A DNA stretch of 64,000 bases from Dehalococcoidia bacterium (GTDB lineage: Bacteria; Chloroflexota; Dehalococcoidia; Plut-88900), in assembly GCA_965207225.1 (NCBI GenBank), contig CBDBLV010000004.1, forward strand, positions 839,397-903,396, given 5' to 3'. Made by a program: the position numbers and the translations under genes. Under the pieces are notes generated by a model. The model was given only the letters and a program-made list of their open reading frames with translations. It was not told the DNA's origin and did no database searches. Of the stretch, positions 20,579 to 29,959 are shown piece after piece. How positions within the stretch are numbered: the stretch's first letter is position 1; every line of letters starts with the position of its first letter.

Positions 20579-22129
20579 CTACCTACCAAACCCCAGCCTC
20601 GCTAGGTTCTTCTCTATCTCGGCATCGAGCCGTTGCGTCTCCGCCCGCTGCTCGCGCCACTGGGCGGATAGGCGCGCCATCTTGTCGGCGAAAGGTTCGC
20701 CGTCGTCGGGCTGCGGCTCTACGCCGACGTAGCGGCCCGGCGTCAGGACATGTCCGTGCCTGCGTATCTCATCGAGTGTCGCGCTCTTGCAGAAGCCGGG
20801 GACGTCGGCGTAGTCATCTGCGTTCGGCTTGCCACCCCAAGCATGGTACGTGTCGGTGACGCGGGCGATGTCGTCGGATGACAGGTCCCGGCGGGTGCGG
20901 TCTATCATGTGTCCCAGCTTGCGGGCGTCTATGAACAGCGTCTTGTCGGGTCGCGCTTCGTAGTCGGCGGCGCGTCCCCGACGCAGGAACCAGAGGCAGG
21001 CGGGTATCTGGGTGGATCGGAACAGCTGTCCCGGCAGGGCGACGATACAGTCCACAAGACCAGCCTCGACGATGTTCCTGCGTATCTCGCCCTCGCCTGA
21101 CTGCGCGGACGACATGGAGCCGTTGGCGAGGACGAAGCCCGCCACGCCTCGCGGAGCGAGGTGGTAGAGGAAGTGCTGCACCCACGCGAAGTTGGCGTTG
21201 CGCGCCGGCGGGATTCCGTACTGCCAGCGCCTGTCGTCGCGCAGCCTCGCGCCGCCCCAGTCGGAGACGTTGAAGGGCGGGTTGGCCAGGATGTAGTCGG
21301 CGCGCAGGTCGGGGTGGCGGTCGTTGTGGAAGCTGTCGCCGCGCTCGATCCGTCCCACGATGCCGCGGATCGCCAGGTTCATCTTCGCCATGCGCCAAGT
21401 GGTGTAGTTGGACTCCTGGCCGTAGATGGAGATGTCGGCCCTTGCCCCACCGCCGTTGCCATTGCCGCTGGCGTGGGCGCGTATGAACTCGTCGGACTGT
21501 ACGAACATACCGGAGGAGCCGCAGCAGGGGTCATAGACCCGCCCGCGATACGGCTCTATCATTTCGACGAGGAGGCGCACGACTGAGCGCGGAGTGTAGA
21601 ACTCGCCGCCCTTTCGTCCCTCGGCAAGCGCGAACTGCTCCAGTAAGTACTCATAGACGCCCCCAAGCGTATCGTTGGCGCGGGCGTCGGCCCCGCCAAC
21701 CTTGATGTTGCTGACCATATCAACAACCCGACCCAACCGCTCCTTGTCCAGTGCGGGGCGCGCGTAGTCCTTCGGCAGCACATCCTTGAGCGCGGGGTTG
21801 TCGCGCTCGATGGCGGACATTGCGTCGTCCACCGCCCGGCCTATGGACGGCTGGCGCGCCTGCGACTGGAGCTTGCTCCAACGGGCTTCGGGAGGGACCC
21901 AGAAGATGTTCTCTGCGATGTACTCGTCCCGGTCCTCGGCGGCCTCCTCGCCCCATTCGGCCAGAACCTCGGCGCGACGCTCCTCGAAGGCGTCCGAGAT
22001 GTACTTGAGAAAGATGAGGCCGAGGACGACGTGCTTGTACTCGGCGGCGTCCATGCTGCCGCGCAGCGCGTCCGCCATGCGCCACAGTTCTGGCCTGAAG
22101 TCTGCTTCGGCTGTTTGGGCGGTGGTCAC
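20579..22129 (-). CDS. hsdM: Type I R-M methyltransferase subunit M
   Basis: [23 protein letters not shown]. Confidence 0.96.
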   Translation of the reverse strand: MTTAQTAEADFRPELWRMADALRGSMDAAEYKHVVLGLIFLKYISDAFEERRAEVLAEWGEEAAEDRDEYIAENIFWVPPEARWSKLQSQARQPSIGRAVDDAMSAIERDNPALKDVLPKDYARPALDKERLGRVVDMVSNIKVGGADARANDTLGGVYEYLLEQFALAEGRKGGEFYTPRSVVRLLVEMIEPYRGRVYDPCCGSSGMFVQSDEFIRAHASGNGNGGGARADISIYGQESNYTTWRMAKMNLAIRGIVGRIERGDSFHNDRHPDLRADYILANPPFNVSDWGGARLRDDRRWQYGIPPARNANFAWVQHFLYHLAPRGVAGFVLANGSMSSAQSGEGEIRRNIVEAGLVDCIVALPGQLFRSTQIPACLWFLRRGRAADYEARPDKTLFIDARKLGHMIDRTRRDLSSDDIARVTDTYHAWGGKPNADDYADVPGFCKSATLDEIRRHGHVLTPGRYVGVEPQPDDGEPFADKMARLSAQWREQRAETQRLDAEIEKNLARLGFGR

Positions 22130-22713
22130 TTGGTTGCCTTTCGCTTATCCGTTGCGGTCACTATAGATTTTAGCACAAAGGGATGTGGAGGCGCAGGGGC
22201 CATCGGCCGCATTGAACAAGTACAAGAAGTGGCATTGACTCCGACTTGCCCACAGGAGCGCAAGACTTCAAGGCATCGGGCTGGGCGCTCCGCCCAAGAC
22301 TGAGCACAATTCTTTCACAGTCGAATAGCTAAAAGCGCGGACCTGCAAGCCGCGCCTAGGCGAAACGATCAACCCTTAGTGAATGCTGAATCAGTGTCAA
22401 CGCCCGTCCGAGTTTACTTCCGTTCAGCTTAGCTATGTCTACTCCAATCGCCAAAACGGACTCATGCAATTTTCTCAGGTAGGATTAGGCGGCGCCGACC
22501 GGCGCCATGGCGGTGAAAGCGTCTATGTTCAGATACCGAGAAAGGCTAGGGTATGCGGTGAGGACGCGCCAGTCGCCGGAGGTTAAATGCAAAAAGGGCG
22601 GCATACACGTGCGGCCAGGGGGACAACATCGCTCGGTCAGCGATGCTGTCCTCCTGCCACTAGGTCCATTATTTCCGCTCCGGCGGAAGTCTGCAAGACG
22701 TATGCTAAGAGCG

Positions 22714-23811
22714 CTACGCGGTAGCCTCATCCGGCCGCTTCAGCATGGCGGAGCAACCGCGCACGACGACATGCTCCACAGACACCCGTCCCCGGCCGTC
22801 GTACCCGGCGCGGAACGCGTACTCCACCGTGGCCCCCTCCGGCGCCCGTCCGCCGGTCCGCACGGCGCGTCCGCCGTCCCCGCGTCCGGGCCCTCCCGCG
22901 CCGCGCACCACCGTCCCGCTGCGCTCGCCCTTGCGCCAGCCCAGCACCTTCACCTCTGCGGGCATCACCCGCTCAGCCGGAGTCGGCTGGAACAGCGCAC
23001 GGTGCAGCCTCTTCAGCGCCCCCGGCGACGGGCTGCGCCGGCCGGTCATGATCTGCGAGAGGTGGCCTGAGCTGATGCCGGCCCTCCTCGCCACCTCGTT
23101 CTGGCTGATGTCGTGGGCGTTCATCCGCTCCCACATGGCATCCCGGTCCACACCGGCGCACCGCGCGGGCGCCACCTCCACCGGACCCTCGAGGGCAGCC
23201 TCGACCCTTGCCTGGACCCCGGCGCTCATGTTCCTGTGTCCCCGGGAGACCTGTATGAGGTATCCGTAGGATATGCCTACCTTCTCTGCCAGGTCCTGCA
23301 TGGTCATTCCCATCTCGCGTGCGCGCTCCCTGATGTAGCTGCTCTGACCGCCTGCCACGCTCCCCCTGCGGTTGGCGCGCCGCGCGGGCGCTATCTTCAC
23401 CGGCGTTCCGAGCGCGGATTCTACCCTTGCCCGCACCCCGGCGCTCATGTTCCTGTGTCCCCTGGAGACCTGCAAGAGGTATCCGTAGGAGATGCCCACT
23501 CTCTCCGCGAGGTCCTGCATGGTCATACCCATCTCGCGAGCGCGCTCCCTGATGAAGCTGCTCTCTGCGGTAACGACCTCGCGCTGTCTGTGGACGGTTC
23601 CCTGTCCCGGGACCTCTCCCAGCGCCGCCATCGCCTTCTCCCGCATCGTCTGCGACCACGGCCTGCGCCCGGTCGCGACCTGCGACAGGTAGCCCGCCGA
23701 CACGCCCATCAGAGCCGCCAGGTCCTTTATGGTGAGACCGCGCCTCCTCGCCGCCGCCCTGAGCTCGCTCTCGCGTACCGCCGTCGTGGTTGTCATCGTT
23801 GCCGTCGTCAT
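22714..23811 (-). CDS. Protein with four tandem XRE-type HTH domains
   Basis: Four motifs of type LA...G(V/I)S.GYL.QV..G.R; 219-bp internal duplication; AGGAGG RBS. Confidence 0.8.
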   Translation of the reverse strand: MTTATMTTTTAVRESELRAAARRRGLTIKDLAALMGVSAGYLSQVATGRRPWSQTMREKAMAALGEVPGQGTVHRQREVVTAESSFIRERAREMGMTMQDLAERVGISYGYLLQVSRGHRNMSAGVRARVESALGTPVKIAPARRANRRGSVAGGQSSYIRERAREMGMTMQDLAEKVGISYGYLIQVSRGHRNMSAGVQARVEAALEGPVEVAPARCAGVDRDAMWERMNAHDISQNEVARRAGISSGHLSQIMTGRRSPSPGALKRLHRALFQPTPAERVMPAEVKVLGWRKGERSGTVVRGAGGPGRGDGGRAVRTGGRAPEGATVEYAFRAGYDGRGRVSVEHVVVRGCSAMLKRPDEATA

Positions 23812-24016
23812 GTCGCTTCCTCCTGAAATGAAGAAGCGGGACGGCCCCCGTGTCGGAGACAGTCCCGCGTGGTTCCACGTCCCGGTGGTCGGGACTGTCT
23901 GTTTGGGTGGTGTAGTTGCTATTGTTGCCGGGTGTGATCCCGATTTCGGGCAAAGAAGAAGGGCCGCCCCCCGCGATGGCGACGACCCTTGAATTGAGAT
24001 GGGTAGTGGAGCCGGC

Positions 24017-24525
24017 CTACGGGCGTGTCCACCGCCTGATGCGGCGGGTGAACCGCCAGACCAGCAGCGCGGCGGTGCAGAGACCCACCAGAGCCTGCCC
24101 CGTACTGGATACGGGGTTGAGAATGGCCGCCTCAGCTCCGTGGCCGAGCGGCAGCGGCGTCCACCACTTCCGCCACGACATCTTCGGCGCGTCGCCCACC
24201 GGCTCGTAGGCCGTCCGGATGGGCAGCACCACGAGCGCCTCCAGGCGGGTTATCACAAGGTCGCGCGCAGCCACGCGTGTGGTAGCGCGCGTCTATGCCC
24301 TCTCCCCCGCGTATCGGGGTACGGGCAGGCCGACTTCTGCCTGAAGGCCAGCCCGTCGGAGCGACCGCCGCGGCAGATGGCCGTGGCCGTCCTGAACCAG
24401 CCCCGCTCGAAGCTGACCCTGTGGGGCAGCAGGTCCGCAATCAGCGCCGCGCTGGGTCCGATGGGTTGTTGCGTCACGTCATTTCCTACTGATACTGCTT
24501 CGCGCGTCCGTTCAGGTGTTGCCAT
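24017..24525 (-). pseudogene. Frameshifted small gene with primase-type Zn-binding-like motifs
   Basis: AAGGAGG RBS; AIC.GG..DGLAFR then ARYHTRGC.. V..RLE across frames; contains two palindromic inserts. Confidence 0.35.
24093..24330. repeat. Two REP-like palindromes in inverted orientation (24093-24116, 24305-24330)
   Basis: GCCTGCCCCGTACTGGATACGGGG and, on the reverse strand, GCCTGCCCGTACCCCGATACGCGGGG. Confidence 0.65.
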
Positions 24526-25159
24526 TCGTTACCTCCTTGTCGAAGCTGATTGCCGTTGACTTCCGTGAATCCGTGTGCCGTTCCGAAGACGCCCGCCGTC
24601 CGAATCCGCGACGGACAGCGGGGTGAGAGAAGACGCAGCCTGCCCACGGGTCACATCGTTGGGAAGGGACCTGCCGGGGAGTCGCCGAGTGGGGTGTGCG
24701 ACCGACCTCCTGCGGATCGACCACAGGACGGCGCGGTGGGAGGAACGCGGCTCGCCCGGGGTGAGATGCATCCGGGGAAAGCCGTGAAGACGCGAGGCGT
24801 CCGGCCTGCGAGTGGCAGACGGGCGTGTGCGGAAGCTGCGGTCAGGCCGCGTATCAGCCGCGCCGCAGGCGTGTAGAATCGGTAGAAGCGTCGGCTGCGC
24901 TTCAACCAGCGTGTCCCCGGCTTTCGAGGCGGTGTCGGAGGAGCGGAGCTCGACCCCTAGACCGCGTCACGCAGCGGGAAAGCGTTCGTCCCTCGTGGAA
25001 CTCCGTCGGGAGAGCGGGGCTCGATCCGTCAGGTCGCTCCGGGTCAGGGACTGACCCTCCAGTTTTCTCTGGCATGAAACACTGGAAAAAGCCAGAAACT
25101 GAGTCGATTATCGCCCGAACGGATGCGCGATGGAAGCCTTTCGACTGGCAATCAGGCCT

Positions 25160-25561
25160 TCACGCCGGATTCGCTTGCGCCGGGTTAGCTCCTTCGTAGC
25201 TCCGACATGGCTGTGATGTGGCAGACGATGGAACCGCACCTACTTCCTCCACAATCCGAAGGTCAGAACGCGCCGCAGCCATCGCCTCAGCAGCGTCCAT
25301 CTTCGGTTCTCCAGCGACCGCCGCCTTGGACCCATCCTCGGCTTCGATCATGTCCCGCAGCGGCGCCATGAGCCGCCCGTCGTCAAGGCTGTCCAGGCTC
25401 CGGCCAGAATATGGGCGCCACTCATGCCCGCGCGGTCCGGAGCTCGGAAGATCCATGAACGGTCTTGGGAACCCGGCGCCACCCATGCCCGCGCGGTCCG
25501 GAGCGCCCACCGGCGCTCTGTCCACTTTCGTAGCTGAATCCATATCAATGGAGTGGGTCAT
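25160..25561 (-). pseudogene. Remnant paralog of the 25969-26814 family
   Basis: LDDGRLMAPLRDMIEAE..SKAA resembles LSDASLLDMLDSLVDDRGRVAAA. Confidence 0.35.
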
Positions 25562-25968
25562 GCCTGTAGGTGGAGACGTCTCAGGATGTCGAGACTCGCT
25601 GGGAAGATGATGTGCCGATGGGCCAGGTCAGGCGGTTCACGTAGACGGGGGATGTCCGCTGTCATCTCCGCGGTTCAGGCAGCCGGATGGGTCGCCAGGG
25701 CATGGAACGGATGGCTGAAGACGCTGGAGCGCCATACACGCCAGAGGGCGCGCAGACGATGCGAGCGCCTCGGGCGCCTTCGCGCCATGGAAGCGCAGCG
25801 CCTCGCCCTGCGTGCGCCTATGACTGTTGCCCTCCCGGCCGTAGGTGCAATTGGTCCCTGTGATGGGGACGATTCGGTGATCGTCGCCCCCGACGGCTTG
25901 ATGTCCTTCTCCGCCGGGGGATCGGCGAGAAAAGCGCGCGATTCCTTATCCCGGGCACACGCCGGCGG

Positions 25969-26814
25969 CTACTTCCACCAAATGCCTAGGGTGAGCATTC
26001 GTCGCAGGAGGCGCAGCCGCCTCACTCCAGCCAACTCCCTCCGGGCCTGCGCCAGCGCCTCACGTCGCCAGCGCAGATGGTCCTCCCTGCGCGAAGCGTC
26101 CAGAGGCGTCGCCTCCGGAGGCAGGGCCAGGCGGAAGTCTCCGATCATGGCGATCTCCAGCTCCCACCGGCGCGCCGCAGCCTCCGCCCGATCAACGCGG
26201 TTGGCCTCAGCCCCAGTCCCGCTCCGCAGTTCCCGCCACTCGGCCACCAGCGCCGCGGCCGGGCCGAAGGCATGCTCCTCGTCGGGCCGCTCCTCAAGCG
26301 TGACCACGCCCGCGTCGGGAAGTCCGTGATCCCGTTGCGGGGGCCGCCACTCCTCGCTCTGTCCACAGTCGGCCTGGGAGGCATCGGCTTCGGTCTGTTG
26401 CCGGTCCTCGTCCTCGGGCGCGCCTGCCCGTCGTTCCAACCGCGTCGATCGCTCTGCCTGGGATTCGATGACTTCCCGCAGTTCTTCCTCCAAAGCCGCC
26501 ACCCTTCGCTCCAGCGACACAACCCGCTCCGCAATGTCGCTGGCGCCTTCATCGTCCGGATCATCGCCGTCGCCAGCGACCACGTCCCTGTACACTTCCA
26601 GCGCCCTTCGCATACGCGGAGACACCAGCCGCGAGTCGTGGCAGATCGCCAGCGTGCGGTAGTTCACCCCCAGCGCCTCTGCCGCGGCGACCCTGCCCCG
26701 GTCATCGACCAGAGAGTCCAGCATGTCCAATAGGGATGCGTCCGACAGTGGGACATTCACCCCGTCGCCGGAGCCGTTCGCCCCGTCCGCGACAGGCTCA
26801 TCATGGTCAGTCAT
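25969..26814 (-). CDS. Conserved hypothetical protein (HTH-like N-terminus, coiled coil), module A
   Basis: Paralog of 40539-41414; AAAEALGVNYRT; GGAGG RBS. Confidence 0.8.
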   Translation of the reverse strand: MTDHDEPVADGANGSGDGVNVPLSDASLLDMLDSLVDDRGRVAAAEALGVNYRTLAICHDSRLVSPRMRRALEVYRDVVAGDGDDPDDEGASDIAERVVSLERRVAALEEELREVIESQAERSTRLERRAGAPEDEDRQQTEADASQADCGQSEEWRPPQRDHGLPDAGVVTLEERPDEEHAFGPAAALVAEWRELRSGTGAEANRVDRAEAAARRWELEIAMIGDFRLALPPEATPLDASRREDHLRWRREALAQARRELAGVRRLRLLRRMLTLGIWWK

Positions 26815-26957
26815 CGCACCCTCCGCGTCTCAGAAAACTGCAATAACCGCAATACAATAAGTACAATATATCCGACACGGACCCGCAGTAAAATCGCTTG
26901 CGGGATTTTCCTTCAGGCCTCCCTGATTCCCCTTCATTCAGGTACGATTCTCATCCC

Positions 26958-27050
26958 GATTGTACTCTACAATGTATTTCGATTCTCCTTACAACCCTCA
27001 TTGGGCGAAAACCGCCCCTGAGCGATTGCAGTCTGACGCGTCAGCCCCCC
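26958..27050. other. Conserved intergenic block (candidate oriT), module A
   Basis: Matches the reverse complement of 40301-40395; palindrome CTGACGCGTCAG. Confidence 0.45.
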
Positions 27051-27267
27051 GATGGCCCGGCGGCAGCAGGCCCCCCGGCCCGTTGCCGGTCAACCGTTCT
27101 TGCGGGTTGCGTCAATGGATTTCGCCGGTCCGACTCCTTGTCTGACTGTGGATTCCGGCTGCATGGACGCGACGACGCGCAATTGACGCGACAGTCAGAT
27201 CCGTCGGTCTATCTCATCGTCCGCCCGCTGAGTCGCGCTTGCGGTTTTTGGGTGGCTCCGCCATAAT

Positions 27268-27281
27268 AGAACATATGTATT
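27268..27281 (+). promoter_or_regulatory. Possible LexA (GAAC-N4-GTTC-type) box next to -10 element
   Basis: CATAAT-AGAACATATGTATT upstream of the coupling-protein gene; equivalent site at 40192-40205. Confidence 0.4.
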
Positions 27282-27346
27282 ACCATCAGGTCGCGGCGGG
27301 AGTCATCATTCAGAGGACAGAGCCGGGCGTCAGAGGAGGTTCCACC

Positions 27347-29959
27347 ATGAGATTCAACCCTATAGCCGGACTGTTCAAGGGCGAAGAGAAACCCGCCACC
27401 AGGCTGATGAGCGTCACGCCGCCGCGCTCAGGGGAGCGCACCATGCTGGGTGTGGAGAACCTGCTGAGCTCGATCGCCATACCGGAGCCCTTCTCGCTTG
27501 AGATAGTGGGAGACGGCGGCGGGGTCAGCCTGCTGGCCCGCTGCCGTGACGGCTCCTTCGTTCGCCAGCAGGTGGGCGGTCGATACCCGCAGGCCACTGT
27601 GAACGAGCTCTCCGCCGAGGACGACCCTCTGAGGCTGTCCGAGGGGGAGCGGGCGTGGTCGATGGACCTGCGGCTCGATGGGCCGGAGTACCTGCCGCTG
27701 CGCAGCTTCCGGGACGACGACCTGCTCGACCCCGGCTCGGATCCCCTGATCTCGGTCATCGGCTCGCTGTCGGATCTGGAGGAGGGAGAGCGGCTGGTGG
27801 CCCGGCTGCGTGTGCTCTCGCTTGGGCCGGACTGGTCCAGCGCCCACCAGGAGAAGGCCAACTCCAGGCCCGCGTACGACCCGAACGCGTCCGCATCCAG
27901 CGCCCAAGGCGACGCGCAGGTCAACCGCAGAACCATGGTCCACTTTGCGATGCTGGCGCTGCTGGCCTTGCCGGCGCTGAAGGCATACTTGTGGATACAG
28001 GCCGGCGAGACGTGGAAGGCTGTACTGCTGGGACTGGGAGTGATGTCCCTCGCTGCCCTGGCGGGCTGGGGATGGTGGCGCTTCAAGAAGTGGCGCTCCG
28101 GGGGCAAGTACCGGGACCCTCTGATGATCAAGGAGAAGGTCTCCAAACTCGCCTACGAGGCGCAGCTGGAGGTTACGGCCGTCCTGTCTGAGCACGGCGC
28201 CGAGGCTCGCGCGAAGGAGTTGCTGCGGAACGTCGCCTCGGCCTACGGCCACTACAACAACCCGGCAGGCGCCAGCTTCAGGGCCACCAAGGTCCGGCCT
28301 TCGGTTCCAGACACCGAGCCGTCGCCTCCCGTCAGAGGACTGTTCCAGAGCCGGGACGTGCTGGGGGTCAGGGAGCTGGCGGCTCTGTGGCACCCGCTTG
28401 GGGCCGGAGACCAGCTGCCCATGGTGGCGCGCAGCGGCGCCAGGGCGCTGTTCCCGTCGTCCGGGAACAACCCGGGCGGCGCCTACGTGGGAGACACGGT
28501 TGTGGGCAGGCCGAGGAAGGTCCACTTCCCAGCCGACGCGATGGGCCGCCACCACCTGTACGTGGCCCGCACCCGCATGGGCAAGTCCACGCTGATGCGC
28601 CACCTGGTCGTCCACAAGATGCGGGAGAAGGCGGCGGGCCGCAACGACGACGCCATAGTGGTCGTCGATCCCCACGACGACCTGGTGAAGTCCCTGCTGG
28701 AGCACGTGCCGGAGGAGATCGCCGACCAGGTATATCTCATCGACCTTGCCGACGACGAACGCTCGCCCGGCGTCAACCTGCTGGACGCCCGGATCTTCCC
28801 GGACAGGGACCGCACGACCGACTCGGTGGTGCGCATCTCCAGGGGGCTGTGGGACCAGTGGGGACCCAGGATGCAGTCCATCCTGGAGCACACGATGAAG
28901 AGCCTGCACGAGTACAACGCTCACCCCGACACGCGGGAGGAGGAGCAATGCACCATCCTGGACGGGCTGCGGCTTCTGTCCGATCTGGAGTACCGCGGCC
29001 GGATTCTCAGGCGCGTGTCCGACCCGTACATCCTGGGCTGGTGGGCCAGGGACTTCCGCAGCTGGACGCGGACTTTGAGGGCCGACGCGGTCGCCCCGGT
29101 CCAGACCAGACTCGCCTACTACGCGTCGTCGAAGAAGGCAAGGGCCATACTGGGCCAGCGCCGATCCACCCTGGACATGCGGGAGGCGATCGCCGGGGGC
29201 GGCATTCTGCTGGTCGCCACGTCGCAGGCCGTAGCGGGGCGGGACGTGTCCGCGCTGGTGGGAGCGTCGCTGCTCAACCTGACCGACGCGGTGATCAGGG
29301 AGCAGGGCAGGCTGTCGCCGGAACGGAGGCGCGGCGCGCTTGTGGTGGTGGACGAGATGCAGTCCATTCCCGGGGTGGACTACGAGTCGATGCTTTCCGA
29401 GCTTGGAAAGTTCGGGGCCAGCTTCATCCTGGCCACCCAGAGCCTGGCGAGGCTTGCGGAGCTGTCTCCCACCATGCGGGACACGCTGCTTGCCAACGTC
29501 GGGTGCCTCGCGGTGTTCCAGGTGGCGGCGTCCGACGCCCGGCAGCTCATAGGGGAACTGGACAGGGACCGGTTGGACGAGGAGGACCTGGTGTCGCTGC
29601 CGGCGCACCAGTGCTACGTGCGCGCCACGGTGGACGGCCTCAGGCAGCCCACCTACTCCTTGGGTGTGCGAAAGCCCGAGGAGGGGAGTCCGGAAGCTGC
29701 GGAGCGGGTAATGGCCCGCGCCGAGGCGTACACCACTCCGGTGGAGGCAATCGCCTCCCAGGACCCCGAGATCAAGAGAATGGCGCAGGAGTTTCGGGAG
29801 GAGCTGGAACGGGAGGAGGAAGGAAAGCGAGAAGGAACCCCGCCGCCGCCCGCTGCACGCAACGGAACGACGGCCCGGCCCGGTGGAAGGAAGAGAGTGC
29901 GCACGCGGCGCAAGGGCGGCAGGCCGGACGGCGCCGGCGGCCCGGCAGGGGCTGCATGA
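27347..29959 (+). CDS. VirD4/TraD-like type IV coupling ATPase, module A
   Basis: Two TM helices, Walker A ARTRMGKST, VVDPHDD, Walker B VVVDEMQ, LATQS; GGAGG RBS. Confidence 0.82.
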   Translation: MRFNPIAGLFKGEEKPATRLMSVTPPRSGERTMLGVENLLSSIAIPEPFSLEIVGDGGGVSLLARCRDGSFVRQQVGGRYPQATVNELSAEDDPLRLSEGERAWSMDLRLDGPEYLPLRSFRDDDLLDPGSDPLISVIGSLSDLEEGERLVARLRVLSLGPDWSSAHQEKANSRPAYDPNASASSAQGDAQVNRRTMVHFAMLALLALPALKAYLWIQAGETWKAVLLGLGVMSLAALAGWGWWRFKKWRSGGKYRDPLMIKEKVSKLAYEAQLEVTAVLSEHGAEARAKELLRNVASAYGHYNNPAGASFRATKVRPSVPDTEPSPPVRGLFQSRDVLGVRELAALWHPLGAGDQLPMVARSGARALFPSSGNNPGGAYVGDTVVGRPRKVHFPADAMGRHHLYVARTRMGKSTLMRHLVVHKMREKAAGRNDDAIVVVDPHDDLVKSLLEHVPEEIADQVYLIDLADDERSPGVNLLDARIFPDRDRTTDSVVRISRGLWDQWGPRMQSILEHTMKSLHEYNAHPDTREEEQCTILDGLRLLSDLEYRGRILRRVSDPYILGWWARDFRSWTRTLRADAVAPVQTRLAYYASSKKARAILGQRRSTLDMREAIAGGGILLVATSQAVAGRDVSALVGASLLNLTDAVIREQGRLSPERRRGALVVVDEMQSIPGVDYESMLSELGKFGASFILATQSLARLAELSPTMRDTLLANVGCLAVFQVAASDARQLIGELDRDRLDEEDLVSLPAHQCYVRATVDGLRQPTYSLGVRKPEEGSPEAAERVMARAEAYTTPVEAIASQDPEIKRMAQEFREELEREEEGKREGTPPPPAARNGTTARPGGRKRVRTRRKGGRPDGAGGPAGAA

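Noticed and set aside
22543-22554. AGGCTAGGGTAT shared with repeat copy 2
   Set aside because: Only 12 bp; flanks do not align
24082-24092. GACCCACCAGA, one mismatch from the att core
   Set aside because: No flanking arm similarity; plausible by chance
28387-29955. 5' half of the 1076-aa ORF in the track
   Set aside because: Alternate-frame shadow of the coupling gene; paralogs show the real start is ATG 29956
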